DNA from: an uncultured Pirellulales bacterium
GTDB taxonomy: Bacteria; Planctomycetota; Phycisphaerae; Sedimentisphaerales; Anaerobacaceae
NCBI GenBank assembly: GCA_964628465.1
Contig: CAZVOA010000008.1
Location: 41,322 to 105,321, forward strand
DNA: 64,000 nt
Direction: 5' to 3'
Shown: positions 10,002 to 17,171 of the stretch, piece by piece
How positions within the stretch are numbered: position 1 is the stretch's first letter
Layout of the letters: every line of letters starts with the position of its first letter
The notes under the pieces: generated by a model
What the model was told of the DNA's origin: nothing
The model's input: the letters and a program-made list of their open reading frames with translations, nothing else
The model's database searches: none
Made by a program: the position numbers and the translations under genes

Positions 10002-10961
10002 TTAATGTACGATTCCTTTTGTCAACTGGAGGAATGCGTCATCGAGTTTCATCTGTTCTGGTTGTATCGCAATGACATCCAAATTCGCGTTTACCAAAGT
10101 TCGGGCAATCAGGCCATCGATATTTTCACCTTCTTTGAATGTTACCGAAATATAGTTTTTATTTGGCTGAACCTGGTGTATCTGCGGCAAAGCTGACAAT
10201 AATTCAATGGCTTTTTCCTGATTATCAACAACCTGAACGCGAACCTTTGTATGGATTCCCAGTCTCGGACGAATTTCTTCTATCGTGCCGCTATATACCA
10301 ACTGGCCGTGTTCGATAATTCCAACTTGGTCGCATATTTCTTCCAGTTCGCTGAGAATATGACTGGAAATCATTATTGTTTTTCCCATTTTTTTCAGTTC
10401 GCGCAATAATTCCCTGATTTCGATTCTCGCTCTTGGGTCAAGTCCGCTGGCCGGTTCATCAAGAATCAAAACTTTCGGGTCATGAATCAGAACCCGCGCA
10501 AGTCCGAGCCGCTGCTGCATACCTCGTGACAGACTATCAACCGTAGCGGCCTTCTTGACCTGCAAATCAGTTAGCTCAAGGACACCTTCGACGATTGATT
10601 TTCTTTTAGCCCGCTCGATACCAAAAGCCGCCGCGAAAAATTCCAGATACTCGAATACTTTCAGGTCATCATATACTCCCATAAAATCAGGCATATAACC
10701 TATAACTCTGCGAACTTTCTGCCCATTTCTGGCTACATCGAGACCATCTATTAAAGCCTGGCCGCGTGTAGGTTCCATCAGGGTGACAAGAATACGCATA
10801 GAAGTAGTTTTACCTGCGCCGTTTGGGCCGATAAATCCGAAAATGTCACCCTGCTTTATAAATAAATTAAGGTCGTCAACCGCGGTTAAATTGCCAAATA
10901 CTTTTGTTAAATGTTTTATTTCTATCATTTCCTGTTCCCTCTTATTTTGGAAAAACAACAA
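10002..10961 (-). CDS. ABC transporter ATP-binding protein (ABC-2/DrrA-NatA-like, with C-terminal extension)
   Basis: Walker A GPNGAGKTT, signature LSRGMQQRLGLA, Walker B VLILDEPASGLD, H-loop ISSHIL. 319 aa. Overlaps the upstream gene by 20 nt. Confidence 0.93.
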   Translation of the reverse strand: MLFFQNKREQEMIEIKHLTKVFGNLTAVDDLNLFIKQGDIFGFIGPNGAGKTTSMRILVTLMEPTRGQALIDGLDVARNGQKVRRVIGYMPDFMGVYDDLKVFEYLEFFAAAFGIERAKRKSIVEGVLELTDLQVKKAATVDSLSRGMQQRLGLARVLIHDPKVLILDEPASGLDPRARIEIRELLRELKKMGKTIMISSHILSELEEICDQVGIIEHGQLVYSGTIEEIRPRLGIHTKVRVQVVDNQEKAIELLSALPQIHQVQPNKNYISVTFKEGENIDGLIARTLVNANLDVIAIQPEQMKLDDAFLQLTKGIVH

Positions 10962-13179
10962 GACGTGCTAATTGTATATGTTCTTCGCTAACTGAATGTT
11001 TCTTAATTTTAAACGATACCGGAGCGTTGCGGTATGTCACACAAACAATTGATGCTCCATTACTGAGATAATTATTCATAGCCTGTGTTCTCTGGAGAGT
11101 TCCCTGCGCAAAACAAGCGGCTTCATTTCTATAATTACCATAACCTGAACCTCCGTGCTGAGAAATTGTGGTAAAATCACTAATATTTTTACTCCAATAA
11201 TTTAATTGTGCAATTCTTTCTCTGAACTCCTGAACTCCATGAGCTTGAACCGTGCTGAATTGTATTCCACGATTTTTGTCAACCATGACATAGCCGCTCA
11301 TAATATCGGCGTCTGATTCATTTTTAATGGTAACAATGATTTCGTCCCCATTGCGGTGCACATCGGCACTGAACGGCATTTCCTCTATCGGTGATTCGGT
11401 AAGCATACACTGTATATCCCAAATATTAACGGGTAAGGATTCGAGCAGATTCCCGCCGTCTTCCTGGATGCAATAGATTCTTCTGCTTCCGATTTCGTTG
11501 CGATAGGAATATAATTGATCCTGCGTTGGTGCTATACCGGACCACCACTGGTTCGGCAGAATATTTTCAAGCTCATAGCTGTCACTTTTTGAAGCGAATA
11601 AGCCGCTGTATTGAGTTGACCATGCGGTATTTTCATCTTTGATGCCGTCAATGACAGAGACTACTCTTAATTGCATTTTACCGCCTCGCAAATATTGGAC
11701 ACCGTAATACGCACCGACAGTAAATACAATTATCCAGAAAGAACATGTCAGCCATGTCAAAGGCAAACGATCTATATGCTTCAGAATTTTATAATCTACC
11801 GGGCCAAGTAAAATTGCCAGTGCGCCCAATAATAAAATTACAAACCAGACACTTAATGGTTTTATATCCTGATATAGGAATTCCATCACTTTATTATTTA
11901 AAGAATACGCACTCCCAATTTCCCATGAATTTTGATTTCTTATTGGTGGGATCCTAATTGGCTGGCCATATTGGTTCACATTTGTACCTGATTCAGGGAC
12001 ATATTCGATTCTTCTTTGTGCCAGTATTGTATTTTCTCCAGAGGCTTCAGGTTTTATAATTGTCTTAATTAAACTTACCCAGAAACTGGATTTGTACGCA
12101 TCCTGAGAATAACTGAAATCTTCGGGATCGAAACCTAATATTCCTATTGTACCGAAACCAACATTTCCTATTCCGAACAAATATTGATTTTCCTGGTATA
12201 AATCACCTTCATAATGTTTTACACCCTGTTTCGGAACAAGAGGCTTGAGAGTAACAGTTTCAGAACTATTTCCAGACAATTGCCACTTAAAAAGCTGCTG
12301 CTGTGAAATATTTATTTGTTTTGCTTCCATATAATCAAAAGGAAGAATCTTTGTAAGAGGATTTTCGCCCATAGGCGGCTTGCTTCCCAAAACAATAAGC
12401 AACCTGCCGCCGTTCGATACCCATTCAGCAATAGCATTTAACTGCTGCTCTTTAAATTGTCCCCAGTCAGGATCGTAAAGAATAAGCAAATCAAGTGAAA
12501 CAAAACCAGTCCAGTCCCAAGGTGCCATGTTAATTTGTTTATTGCCTACATATACTGAACCTTGATTATTTTTATAATAGCAGGTGGTTTGTTTTTCCAA
12601 ACCAATAATACCAAATTTACCTGCTCCAATTACTCCAATCAGCATATCCTGTTCCTGAAGCGCAGGGATTTTATTCTGAGTCATCATTATATTACGATCC
12701 TCACTCCAGACAGTTTTTCTTCTTCCGCTAATATTATCAAGCCTGAGACTGCACCTTTGATTCGTATATGCAATCTTTGTCACCATTGGTATATATTCAG
12801 TCAAATCGGGAGTAAGAATAAGTTGTGGGAATATTATATTCAACGTATTCAAACCATCCTGTTGAGATGTAAGAGTTAATTCTCCTTGAAATGGTTTTTC
12901 AAGGGTTGTGTTAATTGTGATTTCAATTGGAGTCCATTCCATTGGTCGAAAATAGTTGCCCCAACCGAAAAATACATCGATATTAAAAATTGATTTATCC
13001 TTTGCTAAAGTCGAATTGCTCGAGACAAGAAGGGAAACTAAACATAAAACAAATATAAATACCCTCTTGAATATATCTGAAGTAGTGTGTGTGGCAACGC
13101 ACCATTTTTTATGTTTTATTTGGTGCGTTGACACGCACCCTACTAATACTTTTTCCCGCTTTATATTTTTTTTCAACAT
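10942..13179 (-). CDS. large membrane protein of unknown function (possibly a GldG-like ABC auxiliary component)
   Basis: 745-aa ORF with a hydrophobic N-terminal anchor (VFIFVLCLVSLLVSS). It has a ~400-aa extracytoplasmic region, including DLLILYDPDWGQFKEQQLNAIAEWVSNGGRLLIVLG. A central TM pair follows (VWFVILLLGALAILLGP / WLTCSFWIIVFTVGAYY), then a C-terminal domain. Its position between the BatA-like gene and the ABC ATPase gene prompts the auxiliary-component guess. The first ~35 codons are encoded by a hairpin repeat, so the start is uncertain. Confidence 0.65.
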   Translation of the reverse strand: MLKKNIKREKVLVGCVSTHQIKHKKWCVATHTTSDIFKRVFIFVLCLVSLLVSSNSTLAKDKSIFNIDVFFGWGNYFRPMEWTPIEITINTTLEKPFQGELTLTSQQDGLNTLNIIFPQLILTPDLTEYIPMVTKIAYTNQRCSLRLDNISGRRKTVWSEDRNIMMTQNKIPALQEQDMLIGVIGAGKFGIIGLEKQTTCYYKNNQGSVYVGNKQINMAPWDWTGFVSLDLLILYDPDWGQFKEQQLNAIAEWVSNGGRLLIVLGSKPPMGENPLTKILPFDYMEAKQINISQQQLFKWQLSGNSSETVTLKPLVPKQGVKHYEGDLYQENQYLFGIGNVGFGTIGILGFDPEDFSYSQDAYKSSFWVSLIKTIIKPEASGENTILAQRRIEYVPESGTNVNQYGQPIRIPPIRNQNSWEIGSAYSLNNKVMEFLYQDIKPLSVWFVILLLGALAILLGPVDYKILKHIDRLPLTWLTCSFWIIVFTVGAYYGVQYLRGGKMQLRVVSVIDGIKDENTAWSTQYSGLFASKSDSYELENILPNQWWSGIAPTQDQLYSYRNEIGSRRIYCIQEDGGNLLESLPVNIWDIQCMLTESPIEEMPFSADVHRNGDEIIVTIKNESDADIMSGYVMVDKNRGIQFSTVQAHGVQEFRERIAQLNYWSKNISDFTTISQHGGSGYGNYRNEAACFAQGTLQRTQAMNNYLSNGASIVCVTYRNAPVSFKIKKHSVSEEHIQLARLVVFPK
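13097..13143 (-). repeat. GTAGGGTGCG hairpin repeat, copy 2, with an extra third arm
   Basis: The minus strand reads GTAGGGTGCGT-GTCA-ACGCACC, then 18 nt, then GGTGCGT. The middle arm can pair with either flanking arm. It lies just inside the annotated 5' end of the 745-aa ORF. Confidence 0.6.
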
Positions 13180-13208
13180 ATGTAAACCTCACCTGATTTC
13201 ATATTTAA

Positions 13209-15191
13209 CTAAATCCTTACTTTTGAATTATATACCAACCATTCGAGACAGGCAAGCAGTAAAGCAAGCCCGACAAGGTATGGCCATAAAGGTATATTCG
13301 CTTTGCTTAACATTGTTTCCTGTGCCGCGACTTTTTGCGAGTTTGACAATTCAAGTTCCTTAACCGGTTTGATATTACTTTCTGATGAATCCAGAAGATT
13401 AACCACATAAGACAATGGCTTACTGTCTGAAATATTCAAGTTATACTGGCCGACATAGCTTGTCTCAGCAAAACGAATAATGCCGCTCGGATTGGCTTGT
13501 AAAACTTTTGTTTCTTTATTCGGCATAGTGACTTTTGCTTCCGTCCCGGGGACAAGACCTTCAATTACTATCGGCTCCCCGACTTTCATTTCATTTTTCT
13601 GCTGCTGGGAAACCTGCATTCCAAGATAGCTTGTCGCATTATAACAAAACAATACAAAACTCGGCTCAAATGGCCAGTTTGTTTCGAGAATGTCAAATCC
13701 CACCAAAAGGAAAACACTCCCTTTTCTCTCGACAATAGCCATCGCCGGTGTTTCACTGAATTCAGCAATCGCGGCAGCCTCACGCGGTAAATCCATTTTA
13801 TAACATTTCGCCGCAAAAAGATTTGACAGGTTAACATAATTCAATACAGGATGCTTCTGTCTCCAGTCAATAATAACCTGATTTTCAAGTTGTCCGGGGA
13901 CATTTACATCTATGCCGCCCGGAGGCTGACCGAAAACAATATACCGCCCTTTTGGCAGATGATCGTTTATATGGTTATCGAGTACGATAACATCGTAGGG
14001 ATTTTCAATACTCAAAGCAGCCTGATCAAGTTTATCGAATTCCGCAGGTGACTGAATTTCAAGTTTGGCAAGAGGACACGCTTTCAATGCGGATTCAATT
14101 GCCGGATTATTTGAAGTTACGAGTAAAACAGAAAGCTTTTTCGGGGGTGAAATGATTGACCATGCCGAGTTATCGCAATCTAAAGAGTCATCAGAAAGAA
14201 GTTTTATTTCGAGCGTACCCGGTTCTACCTGTGAAAGAGAAAAATTCACCGATACCTTACCCGGCTCTTCTTTTTTAGTATCATTATTTACACTCGTTGC
14301 CGGTACAGAAACCGACCTGATTGATTTTACATTATTATTTATGCTGAGCTGTAAATCCGCGTCAAGCATCTTATCGCCAAAATTTGAAACCGATACAAAT
14401 ACTTCCAGCTCTTCAGGATTTTCATATGACCTTAAAGCCTGCATCGCGGTTATTCCTGTATTTTGAGTTGAATCTTTTCCTATTGAATGATAAGTTATTT
14501 CATTATTTCCTACTGTCAGCTCTGTCAAATCAGTAATTTTACCATCGCTGAACAGTTCCAGTTTGGCAGGTTCTTCCTGGTTCATATAGTCGGCTTCGCC
14601 CGTAGGTGATTGCGAAAACGCGCGCGCGACTATAATTGCTTCGGATAAAAGTGATTTCCCATGTCCCGAAGAAATTGATTCTATCGCCTGAATCAACTGT
14701 CCCTTGTTTGATGTGAAATTACACATTACCTTGGCATGTTCATCAAAAGCTATTATCATCGTCTGGTCACTGTCATCTTTCAATGAAAGAACTGCTTTTT
14801 GCCGCATGGATTCGACAAATATTTTAGCCTGCTCTTTGGCCGTATCGAGCCTTGTCTTTTTGCCTGACGAATCATCAATTGTATTCATGCTCGCGGAACG
14901 GTCTATCAATATGACGTGCCTCCGTCCTGAACTTTGTCTCAAGGATAAAATCGGCCAGGCTATCGCGAATAATATCGCGAATAACATTAATAACTGAATA
15001 AGCAATAAAATATTATGCCTAAGTTTCTGGAACGGAGCGTTTACCTGCATATCGCGGATAGCTCGCTGCCAGAGCAAAGTGCTGGAAATGATTTGCTCAT
15101 GACGCTTTAATTTCAGAAAATACAGCAATAGCAAAATCGGCACGCTTATCAGAGCGGCTATAAGTGCTGTAAATGGTGTCAGCCATTGCAT
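13209..15191 (-). CDS. BatA-like VWA-domain membrane protein
   Basis: N-terminal double-TM aerotolerance-regulator-type segment (MQWLTPFTALIAALISVPILLLLYFLKLKR ... LLLIQLLMLFAILFAIAWP). MIDAS-like VILIDRSASM. C-terminal TM segment (LWPYLVGLALLLACLEWLVY). 660 aa. Confidence 0.82.
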   Translation of the reverse strand: MQWLTPFTALIAALISVPILLLLYFLKLKRHEQIISSTLLWQRAIRDMQVNAPFQKLRHNILLLIQLLMLFAILFAIAWPILSLRQSSGRRHVILIDRSASMNTIDDSSGKKTRLDTAKEQAKIFVESMRQKAVLSLKDDSDQTMIIAFDEHAKVMCNFTSNKGQLIQAIESISSGHGKSLLSEAIIVARAFSQSPTGEADYMNQEEPAKLELFSDGKITDLTELTVGNNEITYHSIGKDSTQNTGITAMQALRSYENPEELEVFVSVSNFGDKMLDADLQLSINNNVKSIRSVSVPATSVNNDTKKEEPGKVSVNFSLSQVEPGTLEIKLLSDDSLDCDNSAWSIISPPKKLSVLLVTSNNPAIESALKACPLAKLEIQSPAEFDKLDQAALSIENPYDVIVLDNHINDHLPKGRYIVFGQPPGGIDVNVPGQLENQVIIDWRQKHPVLNYVNLSNLFAAKCYKMDLPREAAAIAEFSETPAMAIVERKGSVFLLVGFDILETNWPFEPSFVLFCYNATSYLGMQVSQQQKNEMKVGEPIVIEGLVPGTEAKVTMPNKETKVLQANPSGIIRFAETSYVGQYNLNISDSKPLSYVVNLLDSSESNIKPVKELELSNSQKVAAQETMLSKANIPLWPYLVGLALLLACLEWLVYNSKVRI

Positions 15192-15215
15192 AATTCGTTT
15201 TCCCTTTTATGTTTG

Positions 15216-16127
15216 TCAACGCAGTAACTGGATTCTGCGCAGATAGTTCAATACGAGAGTTTCAACTGAATCCGAAGACTTCGTAAGTACATAAGCAGCT
15301 CCCCTGCGGGTACAAAAATCCTTCAACTCGTTACAATAAGCATTCAACGTTTTTTTATAGTATTTCAATAACGCCCCTGAAACGGTAATCTCAGCTATGT
15401 CGGCATCTTCGCTGTCTATCAATTTTAATTCGCCTGTTATATCTGGTGACAGTTCCTTCGGCGAAAGTACCTGGATAACATAAAGATCATAATTCTGCCC
15501 AATGAGGCGGCGCAAACCTGAGTCGTAGCCTTCCTTAAAAAGGAAATCGCTCAAAACTATCGTAATGCCGGAACCGATTCGCCCGGAGACAAGCTGTTTG
15601 CATGATTTTTCAAAATGTGATAAGCCGTCACTTTCCGCGCTTATGAGATAATCCGCCATTTGATGAAGATAGTTTCGTCCCCTCATATTGGCGAGCTGTC
15701 CCTCGATACCGTCGGCGAAGAAACTTATCGTCACCCTGTTATTATTTACAAGACTTACATAACCAAGAGCCGCGGTCATTTTTTTTATGAAAAGAGCTTT
15801 GGACGGCTCGCCGAAATTCATAGATGAACTGAGGTCTGCGACGATATGCACTGTAATGTCCTGTTCCTCCATAAACAGTTTCAGGAACAACTGTTCCAAA
15901 CGTCCGTAAATGTTCCAGTCAACAAATCTGAGGTCATCACCGGCTACATATGGTCTATGGTCAGCGAATTCCACGCTCTGCCCTCTGCGTTTTGTGCGGC
16001 GTTCGCCGTGCAGTTTTCCCTGTAATATCTTCCGGCTCATTACATCGAGCGAATCCAGTCTCGCCATAAATTTCGGGTCAAGCAGGTCGGTAAGACGTTT
16101 TTTAGTTGTTGATGTTTTATGGTACAT
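15216..16127 (-). CDS. DUF58 domain protein (MoxR-associated)
   Basis: GERRTKRRGQSVEFADHRPYVAGDDLRFVDWNIYGR is the typical DUF58 core. It is followed by a VWA-like fold segment (ITVHIVADLSSSM). Overlaps the MoxR gene by 11 nt. Confidence 0.85.
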   Translation of the reverse strand: MYHKTSTTKKRLTDLLDPKFMARLDSLDVMSRKILQGKLHGERRTKRRGQSVEFADHRPYVAGDDLRFVDWNIYGRLEQLFLKLFMEEQDITVHIVADLSSSMNFGEPSKALFIKKMTAALGYVSLVNNNRVTISFFADGIEGQLANMRGRNYLHQMADYLISAESDGLSHFEKSCKQLVSGRIGSGITIVLSDFLFKEGYDSGLRRLIGQNYDLYVIQVLSPKELSPDITGELKLIDSEDADIAEITVSGALLKYYKKTLNAYCNELKDFCTRRGAAYVLTKSSDSVETLVLNYLRRIQLLR

Positions 16128-17142
16128 TTAATTGCTGTTCCATTGTTGTTGGTGTATTTTCAAGTATCTGCGCAAGCACTTCATCTGTTGTAATTCCTTC
16201 CGCCTGGCCCTCGAAATTAAGCAGAACACGATGCCGCAAAGTAGGCAGCACGGATTCCGAAATGTCACCGAAACTCACATGATAACGTTCGTCGAGCAAT
16301 GCTCTAACCTTGGCAGAAAGTACAATTGCCTGAACACCTCGCGGCGAAGAACCGAAACGAATATACTTGTTTGTCACATCCGCAGCGAATTCTCCCTGTG
16401 GATGCGTTGCCAAAACCAGACGAATCGCGTAATCCTGTACATGTTCCGCTATTACAACTCTTCTTACAAGTTCCTGCGCTTTAATTATTTCTTCCTTGCC
16501 AATAATATTTTGCGCCCTCTCATTATGCTGTGTAGTTGTTCTGTTGATAATCTCGCCAAGTTCCTTACGATTGCTGTACGGCACAATGACTTTGAAGAAA
16601 AACCTGTCAAGCTGCGCTTCAGGCAATGGATATGTCCCTTCCTGCTCTATCGGGTTCTGTGTCGCGAGAACAATAAAAGGCTCCGGCAGCTTGCGAACTC
16701 GTCCGCCGCTTGTGACGGAATGTTCCTGCATTGCTTCGAGCATAGCGGACTGGGTTTTTGGAGTTGCGCGGTTAATTTCATCAGCAAGAATAATCTGCCC
16801 GAAAATAGGACCGGGCTGGAACTCAAAACTTCGCCTGCCGCTCGTTGAGTCTTCCATAACCATATTAGTTCCGATTATATCAGCGGGCATAAGGTCTGGA
16901 GTGAATTGAATGCGCCTGAATTCAAGGGAGAAAACGTCACTCAATGTTCTTACGAGCAGAGTTTTGCCAAGACCGGGAACACTTTCAAGCAGGACGTGAC
17001 CGCCGCAGAAAATACTTATAAGAACATTATCAACGATTGATTCATGACCTACGATGATTTTGCCGATTTCCTTTCTGAGCGAATCGAACATTTTTCGGAA
17101 GTCTTTGCATTGTTCTTCAACTATTTTATCATCTTTCGACAT
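16117..17142 (-). CDS. MoxR-family AAA+ ATPase
   Basis: Walker A ESVPGLGKTLL, Walker B ILADEINRATPKTQSAMLEAMQE, then VLATQNPIEQEGTYPLPEAQLDRF. 341 aa. Confidence 0.93.
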   Translation of the reverse strand: MSKDDKIVEEQCKDFRKMFDSLRKEIGKIIVGHESIVDNVLISIFCGGHVLLESVPGLGKTLLVRTLSDVFSLEFRRIQFTPDLMPADIIGTNMVMEDSTSGRRSFEFQPGPIFGQIILADEINRATPKTQSAMLEAMQEHSVTSGGRVRKLPEPFIVLATQNPIEQEGTYPLPEAQLDRFFFKVIVPYSNRKELGEIINRTTTQHNERAQNIIGKEEIIKAQELVRRVVIAEHVQDYAIRLVLATHPQGEFAADVTNKYIRFGSSPRGVQAIVLSAKVRALLDERYHVSFGDISESVLPTLRHRVLLNFEGQAEGITTDEVLAQILENTPTTMEQQLNVP

Positions 17143-17171
17143 TTTATTTATCTCCTAAGAATCTTTTATCA

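Noticed and set aside
16132-16848. 238-aa plus-strand ORF (and 16496-16909) opposite the MoxR gene. Similar long antisense ORFs lie at 44341-45060 (opposite purH), 23646-24209 and 24076-24783 (opposite the coiled-coil gene), 35282-37110 (opposite dxs), 12956-13363 and 52772-53209.
   Set aside because: They lie entirely antisense to genes with strong family motifs. Their translations are low-complexity or Cys/Arg/Ser-rich with no recognisable motifs. They are shadow ORFs.
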